From Tannerella sp. (lineage in GTDB: Bacteria; Bacteroidota; Bacteroidia; Bacteroidales; Tannerellaceae), in contig JAISCL010000158.1 of NCBI GenBank assembly GCA_031265585.1, forward strand, positions 1 through 62,821: a DNA stretch of 62,821 nucleotides, written 5' to 3'. The notes under the pieces were generated by a model. That model saw only the letters and a list, made by a program, of their open reading frames with translations. It did no database searches and was not told where the DNA came from. A program made the position numbers and the translations under genes. Shown piece after piece: positions 1 to 8,740 of the stretch (position 1 is the stretch's first letter; each line of letters opens with the position of its first letter).

Positions 1-623
1 TCGCCACGCGTGTTCTCCCAGCAAAGGCAGAAATAGACGGTCTTTCCGCGCTCGTCTCCTTCAAATTCGAGGGTGAACGGTGTGTGTGAATCAAATGCGG
101 AATGAGTCAGATCGGCCACATTAACAATCGGTACGTCACTGATCACCCAGCGTATGACGGCTCCGCGCTGCCCCGCCGGCTTGGCTTTGGATTTCTTTTT
201 TCCCTGGTCGAAGAAGTGAATCTTAAGGCGGCGAATGATGCTGCTGTCAATGTCATAATCCGGATAAGTCGTAGCAATAGCCGCGGGCGTGTGCGTCGTT
301 TTGTGAATGGGCAGGCCCATGGCCGTGCGGTCTCCATCGTTTACAGCAGGGTTGTACGTGATGTATCCCTTAACATCTACCCGCACCGTGGCTTCGAGTT
401 CCTTGCGGGCTTCATTCTTTAATTCTATCGTCAGCTTTGTTCGCGTGGCAGGGTTTTCTGCCGCGTTGAGCTTGATTTCGAAAGATTCTTTCTGTGCGGA
501 CACTTTCGTGGCTTCCGTTTCCGGAAAGCCGAATCGCGTTAAGGACGTCATCAGGTAATTCAGGAATGTTGTTACCCAGGTTAGGAACGTTCTGTCATTT
601 TTTGGTAAATAATCTTTGCTCAT
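1..623 (-). CDS. Conserved hypothetical protein (predicted helical N-terminus, FN3/Ig-like C-terminus), runs off the window start; absent from the ORF track
   Basis: Manual translation from ATG 623: MSKDYLPKNDRTFLTWVTTFLNYL...NPATRTKLTIELKNEARKELE...YNPAVNDGDRTAMGLPIHK...KAKPAGQRGAVIRW...FDSHTPFTLEFEGDERGKTVYFCLCWENTRG; no stop in about 207 codons. Confidence 0.9.
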   Translation of the reverse strand, partial: MSKDYLPKNDRTFLTWVTTFLNYLMTSLTRFGFPETEATKVSAQKESFEIKLNAAENPATRTKLTIELKNEARKELEATVRVDVKGYITYNPAVNDGDRTAMGLPIHKTTHTPAAIATTYPDYDIDSSIIRRLKIHFFDQGKKKSKAKPAGQRGAVIRWVISDVPIVNVADLTHSAFDSHTPFTLEFEGDERGKTVYFCLCWENTRG

Positions 624-706
624 AGTTTATTGTTTTTATTGGTTTGGTGTTTATTGAAGTCTTTCAGGGCTTTACCCGAGGCGCATGAGCTTAAACCGGT
701 AATGCA

Positions 707-895
707 GGGAGTAAAGCCTGAAGACGCCGGAGCGTGTTCTGAAGACACCGGAGTAAGTCCCGGAGACACCGGAGTAAGTCCCGGAGCCATCGGAGCGTGT
801 CCCGGAGTCGTCGGAGTAAGTCCCGGAGTTGTCGGAGCGTGTCCCGGAGTCGTCGGAGCGTGTCCCGAAGGCGCCGGAGCTTGTCCCGAAGGCGT
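707..895. repeat. 21-bp tandem repeat array, 8 well-conserved units (728-895) plus degenerate flanking units (about 665-937)
   Basis: Units such as cggagtaagtcccggagacac and cggagcgtgtcccggagtcgt start at 728, 749, 770, 791, 812, 833, 854, 875. Confidence 0.95.
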
Positions 896-1257
896 TGAAT
901 TTAGCGATGTGATGCTCGGGGTGAAGCCTGCGGAATATATATCAAAACCCGTGGAAAAAATGCAGGTGTAATTTTTGGTGATGGAGTTGTCCGGTGTGCT
1001 GTAATTAAATGTGCGTGGACTGTCTGCCGCCGGACTGTAAAAAAACCGCGCCGGAAAAAACCCGGTACGGCTACATATATATAATGTATGAAATAAAGTA
1101 CATGAATTAGCATTTATAGAATGACTGTACTCTTTCCATTCCGCAAGATTCGCGGTGCACGACGATTCGACAGCAATTCGGCTGTCTTCGGTTACAAGGT
1201 GATGTGATTTATGTGTCATTCTTTTGAAAAATATACCGTTTTCTTTTGAAACAGTAG

Positions 1258-1265
1258 CAAAAGTA
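1258..1265 (-). promoter_or_regulatory. Bacteroidetes -7 promoter element (TAnnTTTG), candidate promoter for the 1-623 gene
   Basis: CAAAAGTA on + reads TACTTTTG on -. Confidence 0.45.
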
Positions 1266-1433
1266 TAAATAAGAGAAATAGGCAAGGTGACAAATCAACA
1301 AAATATCACTTGCCAAATCGTAATCGAGGGTATTTTTTAGGTGACAAATTCACAATTTCTGCAAAGTTATTACGATTTGGATCAAAAAGGGGGTGTGAGT
1401 AGAATAATTTTTACGGGGAGCGATAAAAAAATT

Positions 1434-2110
1434 CTACCGGCATGTTTTTTACCGACATGGTATCCCGTACGGTATTTTATTAAATTTTTAAATTTCGGAT
1501 GTGCGGCGAAGGCAGGGGTGCGGCGAAGGGTAGGGGCAAGCCCGGCCCCTGCGCCGGTACCTGTAGGGGCTGGGTTTGCCCCTGCCCATATATGTCCCCC
1601 GGCCCGTTTGCCCGACATGTTATCCCGATGGGATTTTGGGATGCGTTTTTGGGGTGGGATGTGGGATAATTGGGGGATTGGGGGAATTTGCGGGTTGGGT
1701 GGGGTGGGTGGGTTGGGTACATGTGGGACAGACACGCAGGTCTGCCCCTACGCCGGTACCTGTTTTTGACCTGCCGATATGGCATCCCGATGGGGTTTTA
1801 TTAAATTTTCAAGTTTTGGATGTGCGGCGGGGGGCAGGGGTGCGGTGAAGGGCAGGGACAGACCTGCGTGTCTGCCCCACATGTACCCGGCTCATTCGTG
1901 TGGTAGCAAAACAATCGGAAATTTTGTCATTTGCGCTGCATTTCCGATAATTGTTTTTTCAATTCCTCAATTACCCTGTCTTTGTCTTTCATCGCTTTTC
2001 CCTGTTCTTTCATCGCTTTCTTCTTTTATTTATCCACACAAAACGTTGTAGAACCAAATTTCGGATGTGCGACGGAAAATCCCATCGGGATGATATGTCG
2101 GTAGAAAAAC
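1434..2110. repeat. Mosaic of REP-like palindromes and an approximately 88-bp imperfect direct repeat (1450-1538 vs 1772-1860)
   Basis: GTAGGGGC...CCC hairpins; gacacgcaggtctgcccctac and its inverted partner cagacctgcgtgtc; ccgacatg.tatcccg motif at about 1452, 1612, 1774 and inverted at about 2080-2105. Confidence 0.75.
1927..2025 (-). pseudogene. Orphan 3' gene remnant encoding a charged coiled-coil tail
   Basis: Translates KKAMKEQGKAMKDKDRVIEELKKQLSEMQRK*; upstream part missing. Confidence 0.45.
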
Positions 2111-2152
2111 AATCGGGATTTTTGACCGTCGTTGCACGGCAGGGCATTCATA

Positions 2153-2965
2153 TCAATAATAACGTTTGTATATTTTGTCGTAGACGCCGTTGTTGTGGAG
2201 GGTTTTGAACCAGGTGTTCAGGCTGTCGCGGAGGATGGGGGAGGTCTTGCGGACGGCCCAGGATTGTAGCTGGGTGAAGCTGATGTCTGTGTCTATGTCG
2301 ATCTCCGGCAGGATCTTTTTTGAGATGGCGGCTATCCGGTGGTCGCATACGGCGTAGTCAATGTCTCCTTTGGCTACCATGATGATGAGCTGTTCGGTGG
2401 AGTAGCGGTCTTCCTGGATGGTGTAGACCGTGTCGCCTATTTCGTGCTGCAGGTTGATGATGCGCAGTAGTGCGGGTGATTCTTTGGGGATGTAGAGGGT
2501 TTTTCCGGCGAGTTCGAGCTGGTTGCGTATCGGCGGGATGGAACGGTTGGCTTCCGCCGTGCGCTGTACCAGTACCTGGCGGTTGAGGACGACGGGGTCG
2601 GTGAAGAGGTAGCTGTCTTTTATTTCCGATGTGACGGGTATGTTGCGCGCAATGATGTCGTAGCGGTTGTTTTCCAGTCCGCTGAAGCTTTCGGGGAGGG
2701 ACATTTCGAGGAAGGTCTGTATTTCAAGTCCGGAGAGTTGGGCTATCGCGCGGCTGAGTTCATACTGGAATCCTTCGATGGTGTCTCCCGCGACGAAGTA
2801 TCCCAGCTGGTTGTATTCGGTGACAATGCGCAGGGTGCCTTCCGAACGGATCTCCGGCCAGTCACGGGGCGGTACGGGGCGGCTGCTTTTGTACAGGACG
2901 GTCATGGCGGTCAGGACGGCTGACAGCAGGAGGAGGTAGAGGAGGATGGTTTTGGGGCGTTTCAC
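2153..2965 (-). CDS. Periplasmic substrate-binding (SBP_bac_3 / MltF N-terminal-like) protein
   Basis: RDWPEIRSEGTLRIVT...GFQYEL...WAVRK pattern, N-terminal hydrophobic anchor. Confidence 0.85.
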   Translation of the reverse strand: MKRPKTILLYLLLLSAVLTAMTVLYKSSRPVPPRDWPEIRSEGTLRIVTEYNQLGYFVAGDTIEGFQYELSRAIAQLSGLEIQTFLEMSLPESFSGLENNRYDIIARNIPVTSEIKDSYLFTDPVVLNRQVLVQRTAEANRSIPPIRNQLELAGKTLYIPKESPALLRIINLQHEIGDTVYTIQEDRYSTEQLIIMVAKGDIDYAVCDHRIAAISKKILPEIDIDTDISFTQLQSWAVRKTSPILRDSLNTWFKTLHNNGVYDKIYKRYY

Positions 2966-2968
2966 GGC

Positions 2969-5143
2969 TCAGTTGTTGAAGAATACGGAGATGCCGAGCT
3001 TGATCAGCATCGGGTTCAGGGGGTAGTGGGGGAGGGAGAAGTATTCCGTCGGTCTTATAAAGAGGGAGCCGAGGTTGTATCCCGAAATGAAGAAGCGTGC
3101 CTGCTTGAGCTGGAAGTTGGCGTAGGCGTTGATGATGGGGTAATTGCCTGTTTTGATGCGCGTTCCTTCCGGCTGCAGCTGGAACTGCTGTGTGGCCGGC
3201 TCGTAGTAGGGGGCTTCGTAGGCGGTGTGGTAATGGGCGTCGGCGCCGAGCTGGAGATGCAGTACTTTCGCCAGGGTGAAATCCAGGTAGATGTTCGTGA
3301 ATGCGGCGATCTGCGGCAGGGGCAGGATGCTTTTTTCGCTGCTTAGCTGCCAGGCGATTTCGTTTTCCCACCCGAACGCCCGGTGGCGGAAGTCCTGTCC
3401 GATCCGTGCGGTGATGACCTGCAGGTTGCCTCTGTGCTGCTCCGGAATGCCTTCCTTTCCGAAGTAGATATGGTTTTGGATGCTTTCTACGCCGGCCGAG
3501 AGCCTGGTGCGCGTCTGTTCGACGCTGACCTGGCCTCCGGCAAAGATGCGCTGTGTGTTTCGCAGGCCGGCGTCCCAGGTGAAGTAGCGGGAGTGGTGGT
3601 GGCGCGTGTAGAAAGCGGGGGTCAGGTTTTTAATGTATCCGTTCGCCCTGACGGATGCGTCCTTGCCCAGCAGGCGGAAGCGGGAGCTGATTTCCCCGTC
3701 GGCTCGAAATTCTCCGATGTCGCTTCCTGCCAGGCAAAATTCGCCTCTTGCCCGGTAGGTGAACAGTTGGCCCTGCCGTTTTGAGAGTTCGGCTCCGAGG
3801 TAGGTGGAAAATTCGTCGTAGGTAATGGTGCTGCGCAGTGAGTCTTCGGCGGAGGGAAGGGTGAATTGCCGTTTTTCGAAATCGACGAAGGCTGTCAGTC
3901 CGAATTTGACCCAGTCCTGGAATCCTTCGCGCAGGGAGAGGGCTACCGTGTTGTTTACATACCACGACTGGGTCTGATCGTTCAGGAGGGAGTCCGCCGG
4001 GCCGTATACCTGTTCGTAGCAGGTGTCTATTCCGTTCATTCTTGAGATGAAGCGGCGCCTGTTCCTTTCAAATTCCAGGGTGTGGATGATGCTTGAAACG
4101 GGGACGAAGACGGCGTCGATTTCGTCTTCGTCATCCGACGTCTGTCCTGCCGGGCCGCTGCCGGCGAAGATGTCCGGTGCGGGGGCGTTTTCGGGGGGCG
4201 TTTCGCCGTGTTCTTCGAGGTCTTCTTCGTTTAGTTTCTGTTCTTCGAGCTGCTTTTTTACTTCCCGCTTTCTTTCGGCTTCTTCCTTTTCCCCGGCTGT
4301 CATCTCGCGGTAAAAGCCGAGGTTATAGCGGTGCGTAAGGAAAAACTGCATTCCCCGGATGCGGTTCCAGGTGTTGGTGTAGCGTGTCGAGATCGTTTGC
4401 CAGTTGACGGGCGCTCTTTCCTCGTATTTGTACGTGTGGGTGACGATGCTGTCGTTGATGATTCCGCCGTTTTCGGTGTTTACGTAGTTGTAGTTGCGCA
4501 GGAAGGCGTGCATCTCGTAGCGGTCGGAGAGGTAATTGCCGAACAGTCGGTAGGAGAGCAGCTTGTTGTTGTTGGACGTGTACTGGCCGCGGACGTAGGT
4601 GTAGTCAAAGTCCGTCCCGATGTTTATGTTTTTCCCGAAATTGGAGGTCAGTACTCCGGAAAAGAGTTCTTCCCGGCTTTGCTGGCTGCCGGCTCTTGTG
4701 TAGGTGATTCTTGTGTAAGGGTCTTTGACGTCGTAGAAAAGCGCGTTTTCCGGGGTCGTGATGTAGTATTGATAAGGGCGGGCGAATATGAAGTCATCAT
4801 CCTCCTCGCGTTCCGAAAAAATGCGGCTTTGGGCCGGGGCGCCGATGTTGGCAAGGTAGCTGACTGCCAGTCCGCGGCCTTCCATTAAGATGCTGTTGGA
4901 GAAGTTCAGCCGCAGGGTGTCCATCGGTGCGATGTAGCGCTCCCCGAACTTGCCGGTCAGGCGGAATGCCGTGGCGCGGTTCACGCTTAGCCGGGAGCTG
5001 TCGGGGTGCAGGAGGAGGCTGTCCGGCAGGTTTTCGGGCGCTGTATTCAGCTTGGGCGTGAATCCCTTCGACTGGCCCGAAAGCGCAGCGGAAAAGAAGA
5101 TAAAAAGGAATAAATGGAGTAATCCCGGTCTCATACGCGCCAC
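2969..5143 (-). CDS. Putative outer-membrane porin (Porin_10-like)
   Basis: Signal peptide, ENGGI motif, amphipathic beta strands, C-terminal GISVFFNN. Confidence 0.8.
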   Translation of the reverse strand: MARMRPGLLHLFLFIFFSAALSGQSKGFTPKLNTAPENLPDSLLLHPDSSRLSVNRATAFRLTGKFGERYIAPMDTLRLNFSNSILMEGRGLAVSYLANIGAPAQSRIFSEREEDDDFIFARPYQYYITTPENALFYDVKDPYTRITYTRAGSQQSREELFSGVLTSNFGKNINIGTDFDYTYVRGQYTSNNNKLLSYRLFGNYLSDRYEMHAFLRNYNYVNTENGGIINDSIVTHTYKYEERAPVNWQTISTRYTNTWNRIRGMQFFLTHRYNLGFYREMTAGEKEEAERKREVKKQLEEQKLNEEDLEEHGETPPENAPAPDIFAGSGPAGQTSDDEDEIDAVFVPVSSIIHTLEFERNRRRFISRMNGIDTCYEQVYGPADSLLNDQTQSWYVNNTVALSLREGFQDWVKFGLTAFVDFEKRQFTLPSAEDSLRSTITYDEFSTYLGAELSKRQGQLFTYRARGEFCLAGSDIGEFRADGEISSRFRLLGKDASVRANGYIKNLTPAFYTRHHHSRYFTWDAGLRNTQRIFAGGQVSVEQTRTRLSAGVESIQNHIYFGKEGIPEQHRGNLQVITARIGQDFRHRAFGWENEIAWQLSSEKSILPLPQIAAFTNIYLDFTLAKVLHLQLGADAHYHTAYEAPYYEPATQQFQLQPEGTRIKTGNYPIINAYANFQLKQARFFISGYNLGSLFIRPTEYFSLPHYPLNPMLIKLGISVFFNN

Positions 5144-5152
5144 TTTTTGTAC

Positions 5153-5695
5153 TTATACCTTGTGGATGATGTCCATCCCTTTCCGGATGGCTTCCTCGTT
5201 TGCCGGGAGCAGGCTGTAGTGCCGTTCGGGGAGTGTTTTTTTCAGTCCCTTCATGACACTTTCGAGTGTGACGACGGGTACGATTTTCAGCAGCCCGCCG
5301 AGGACGATCATGTTGAACGTCTTCGACATGCTGAGGGCTGCGGCCGTATCCATCGCATTGATGCGGTAGATTTCAATATCACTGCGTTCTACCGGTTTTT
5401 GTATCCCGTAGTCGTCGTAGATCAGGATCCCGCCCTTTTTTACTTTCCGTTCAAATTTGTCCATGGATGGCTGGTTGAGGATGATCGCAATGTCATATTC
5501 GTTGAGAATCGGCGAGCTGATGCGGTCGTCGCTCAGTATGACCGTGACGTTGGCGGTTCCTCCGCGCTGCTCCGGCCCGTAGGAGGGCATCCAGCTTACT
5601 TCCTTTCCTTCCATCAGCCCTGAATAGGCGAGGATTTTACCCATGGAAAGCACTCCCTGTCCGCCGAATCCGGCTATGATTATTTCATGTGTCAT
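5153..5695 (-). CDS. 2-oxoacid:ferredoxin oxidoreductase gamma subunit
   Basis: AGFGGQG and PSYGPEQRGG motifs. Confidence 0.95.
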   Translation of the reverse strand: MTHEIIIAGFGGQGVLSMGKILAYSGLMEGKEVSWMPSYGPEQRGGTANVTVILSDDRISSPILNEYDIAIILNQPSMDKFERKVKKGGILIYDDYGIQKPVERSDIEIYRINAMDTAAALSMSKTFNMIVLGGLLKIVPVVTLESVMKGLKKTLPERHYSLLPANEEAIRKGMDIIHKV

Positions 5696-5697
5696 AA

Positions 5698-6462
5698 TTA
5701 TTTATTTTTCAAGTCTCCCAGAGGATAGTAAGGGAACATGTTTTCTTTCATCCACTGATTTGCCTTTTCCGGCGTCTGTTTCCATCCGGAGGCGCATGTT
5801 GATACAAATTCTACGACGGAGGTTCCTTTGCCGGCCATTGAGTTTTCAAAGGCCAGGCGGAGCATTTTCTTCGATTTCTTTACGGCTGCCACGGTCTCTA
5901 CGCTTTGACGGGTGACGAGGCATGTTCCTTCGAGCTGCGCCAGCAAGTCGGAGATTTTTAACGGATATCCGTTCAGCTTTTCGTCCCTGCCATACGGACA
6001 GGTGGAGGTGGACATGCCCATGAGCGTTGTGGGCGCCATCTGGCCTCCGGTCATGCCATAGATGGCGTTGTTGATGAAGATGATTACGATGTTTTCGCCG
6101 CGGTTCGCCGCATGAATGGTTTCGGCTGTTCCGATGGCCGCCAGGTCGCCGTCTCCCTGGTAGGTGAAGACCATCTTTCCGGGATTCAGGCGCTTGACGG
6201 CTGTCGCGACCGCCGGCGCCCGTCCGTGTGCGGCTTCCAGCCAGTCTATTTCTATGTAATTGTATGCAAAAACGGCGCAGCCAACCGGTGAAACACCGAC
6301 TGTGTCTTTTTCCATCCCCATCTCTTCTACAATTTCGGCAATCAGTTTGTGGATTACGCTGTGGCTGCATCCCGGACAGTAGTGCATGGGGATGTCGTTC
6401 AGTAATTTCGGCTTTTTATAAACCAGGTTTTCGGGTTGTATTATTTCTTCTAATAGTTCCAT
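5698..6462 (-). CDS. 2-oxoacid:ferredoxin oxidoreductase beta subunit (TPP-binding)
   Basis: YCPGC, GDGD and NNAIYGMTGGQ motifs; start taken at MELLEE. Confidence 0.95.
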   Translation of the reverse strand: MELLEEIIQPENLVYKKPKLLNDIPMHYCPGCSHSVIHKLIAEIVEEMGMEKDTVGVSPVGCAVFAYNYIEIDWLEAAHGRAPAVATAVKRLNPGKMVFTYQGDGDLAAIGTAETIHAANRGENIVIIFINNAIYGMTGGQMAPTTLMGMSTSTCPYGRDEKLNGYPLKISDLLAQLEGTCLVTRQSVETVAAVKKSKKMLRLAFENSMAGKGTSVVEFVSTCASGWKQTPEKANQWMKENMFPYYPLGDLKNK

Positions 6463-6473
6463 CTTTTTTATAT

Positions 6474-6644
6474 TCAAAAAAATCTCATTATATACTGCGC
6501 AACCCTTAATAATACGGCTACGCCTCCAAGGATGAGGTAAGTTGGGTTCCCTTTTTCCGTGACAAAAAAGCTGACGACGACTCCTATGAACAGGAGCATA
6601 AAAAGCAGTGTGAACAGTTCGTCAAGACGGCTACCTCGTTTCAT
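6474..6644 (-). CDS. 56-aa two-TM small membrane protein inside the oxidoreductase operon (below ORF-track cutoff)
   Basis: MKRGSRLDELFTLLFMLLFIGVVVSFFVTEKGNPTYLILGGVAVLLRVAQYIMRFF*; ATGA overlap with the alpha-subunit stop. Confidence 0.8.
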   Translation of the reverse strand: MKRGSRLDELFTLLFMLLFIGVVVSFFVTEKGNPTYLILGGVAVLLRVAQYIMRFF

Positions 6645-7717
6645 ATCAGTTTTTCTTTCAGGGCATTTACAATTTCATCCGGTGTAAATACGATTCCACC
6701 GAGACGTCCGAAATGCGCTACTTTTACTTTCCCGTTTACCGACAGGCGCACGTCTTCTACCATCTGTCCGGCATTAAGCTCTACGGAAAGCATTCCCTTT
6801 ACCTTTCCGGCATAGTTCCGAATGGCTTTTGCGGGAAAAGGCCACAAGGTGACCGGCCGGAACAGTCCGAGCTTCAGGCCCTCCCTGCGTGCGATCTCAA
6901 TCGCTTTCTGGCAGATACGCGCCGAGGAGCCGAATGCGACTAACAGATAGTCGGCGTCCTCACACATATACTCTTCAAAGCGTACTTCGTTTTCTTCTAT
7001 CCGGCGATATTTTTCCTGGAAACGGAGGTTTTTCTTTTCCATAATACCGGGATCAAGTTCGAGGGATGTTATTACATTGCGTTCCCTGTCGGGTGTTTTG
7101 CCGGTTGCCGCCCAGGGGGATTCTTCCAGTATTTCGGCGTCCGTCTTGCGGTTCCTGAAAGGCGGGAGGATCACTTTTTCCATCAGCTGGCCGATCATCC
7201 CGTCTGCGAGAATCATCGCGGGATTCCGGTATTTGAATGCAAGGTCGAAGCCTAAAGAGACAAAATCAGCCATTTCCTGCACGGACGAAGGCGCCAGTGT
7301 GATCAGCCGGTAGTCTCCGTGCCCTCCTCCCTTGACCGTTTGAAAATAATCGGCCTGACTGGGCTGGATGGTGCCTAACCCCGGGCCTCCGCGCATTACG
7401 TTTACAATCAGGCAGGGCAGGTCTGCTCCTGCAATATAGGATATGCCTTCCAGTTTCAGGCTGATACCCGGACTGGAAGAAGATGTCATCACCCGCTTTC
7501 CCGTGCCGGCGCCCCCGTATACCATGTTTATCGCTGCGATTTCGCTTTCGGCCTGAAGCACGACCATTCCGGTCGTTTCCCAGGGCTTTTCCGCTTCCAG
7601 CGTTTCCAGTATTTCCGACTGAGGCGTGATGGGATAGCCGAAATAGCCGTCCGCACCGTAACGGATGGCAGCGTGGGCAATCGCTTCGTTGCCTTTCATT
7701 AATCTTACTTCTTCCAT
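6641..7717 (-). CDS. vorB: 2-oxoacid:ferredoxin oxidoreductase alpha subunit (VorB-type)
   Basis: MKGNEA, GYPITP and SSSPG motifs; start at MEEVRL. Confidence 0.92.
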   Translation of the reverse strand: MEEVRLMKGNEAIAHAAIRYGADGYFGYPITPQSEILETLEAEKPWETTGMVVLQAESEIAAINMVYGGAGTGKRVMTSSSSPGISLKLEGISYIAGADLPCLIVNVMRGGPGLGTIQPSQADYFQTVKGGGHGDYRLITLAPSSVQEMADFVSLGFDLAFKYRNPAMILADGMIGQLMEKVILPPFRNRKTDAEILEESPWAATGKTPDRERNVITSLELDPGIMEKKNLRFQEKYRRIEENEVRFEEYMCEDADYLLVAFGSSARICQKAIEIARREGLKLGLFRPVTLWPFPAKAIRNYAGKVKGMLSVELNAGQMVEDVRLSVNGKVKVAHFGRLGGIVFTPDEIVNALKEKLI

Positions 7718-7719
7718 TT

Positions 7720-7953
7720 TTAATGATTGATTTTCTTTTTGTAAACAGCAAGGCAACCATCCGGACAAACCCAGCCACAACTTGCACATCCGATGCAGGC
7801 ATCCGGATTTTTCATATACACATAGTGATACCCTTTATTATTTACTTCACGGGGATGCAGTTCGAGTACATCAGTCGGGCAGGTTACTACGCATAAATTA
7901 CAACCTTTACAGCGCTCCGTATTGACGACGACTGCTCCTTTTATTTTTGCCAT
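7720..7953 (-). CDS. 2x[4Fe-4S] ferredoxin, oxidoreductase delta subunit
   Basis: CKGCNLCVVTCP and CIGCASCGWVCP. Confidence 0.95.
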   Translation of the reverse strand: MAKIKGAVVVNTERCKGCNLCVVTCPTDVLELHPREVNNKGYHYVYMKNPDACIGCASCGWVCPDGCLAVYKKKINH

Positions 7954-7990
7954 AACCTATAATTTCTCCGTATTTTAGTTATAAAGGTCA

Positions 7991-7998
7991 CAAAAGTA
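7991..7998 (-). promoter_or_regulatory. -7 promoter element of the oxidoreductase operon
   Basis: TACTTTTG on - strand, 38 nt before the ATG. Confidence 0.6.
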
Positions 7999-8073
7999 CG
8001 AAAAAAAGAAGAATGTAGAATAAAAATGCCTGACTTTTTCATGCTGCATGAGTGTTTTTATGAATCGGAGGCG

Positions 8074-8724
8074 TCAGCGCCGGGCTTTTCTCTTTTGCCG
8101 CCAGATTTCGATCATTCCGGGCAGGACGGAAACCAGGATGATTGCGATAATCAGCAGGCTCAGGTTGTGCTTTACGAAGTCTACGTTGCCGAAGAAGTAA
8201 CCGGCATACATGAATAAGGCGACCCATGCAGCGCCTCCGATGATGTTGAAACTGAAAAAATGAGGGTAACTCATCTTCCCCATTCCGGCTACAAAGGGCG
8301 CGAACGTGCGTACGATGGGTACGAAACGGGCAATGATAATGGTTTTGCCGCCGTGTTTTTCGTAAAAGTCGTGCGTCTTTTTGAGGTAGGCCTGCTTGAA
8401 TATTTTTGAATCCGGATTGCGGAACAGCTTCTCGCCGAAGAATTTTCCTATGAGATAGTTGCAGGCGTCTCCGAGTATGGCCGCCGAAATCAACAGGATG
8501 ACCATCAGGTGAACGTTGATATGATTGTCGCCCAAAGCAGCCAGCGTCCCGGCAACAAAAAGGAGCGAATCGCCCGGCAGGAAGGGCGTAACGACTAATC
8601 CCGTTTCGCAGAAAATAACCAGAAACAATATTCCGTAGATCCATGCGCCGTAGTCCCGAACGAGTTCGGCCAGATGAACGTCTATGTGTATGATAAAGTC
8701 AATTAGAAACTGAATTAAATCCAT
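8074..8724 (-). CDS. dedA: DedA family membrane protein
   Basis: [17 protein letters not shown] and [16 protein letters not shown]. Confidence 0.95.
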   Translation of the reverse strand: MDLIQFLIDFIIHIDVHLAELVRDYGAWIYGILFLVIFCETGLVVTPFLPGDSLLFVAGTLAALGDNHINVHLMVILLISAAILGDACNYLIGKFFGEKLFRNPDSKIFKQAYLKKTHDFYEKHGGKTIIIARFVPIVRTFAPFVAGMGKMSYPHFFSFNIIGGAAWVALFMYAGYFFGNVDFVKHNLSLLIIAIILVSVLPGMIEIWRQKRKARR

Positions 8725-8740
8725 ACTATCAGGGTTTTAG

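Noticed and set aside
102-558. Short ORF-track frames at the window start, and the many antisense or overlapping ORFs throughout
   Set aside because: Shadows of longer, motif-supported genes in another frame or strand.
620-1285. 221-aa ORF (and 630-971 on +) through array 1
   Set aside because: A 21-bp stop-free repeat opens frames on both strands and the flanking residues look non-coding. The ATGA overlap with the 623 start means a leader peptide is not fully excluded.
4110-4310. Acidic low-complexity insertion in the porin
   Set aside because: In frame and consistent with a variable loop; no sign of a mobile insertion.
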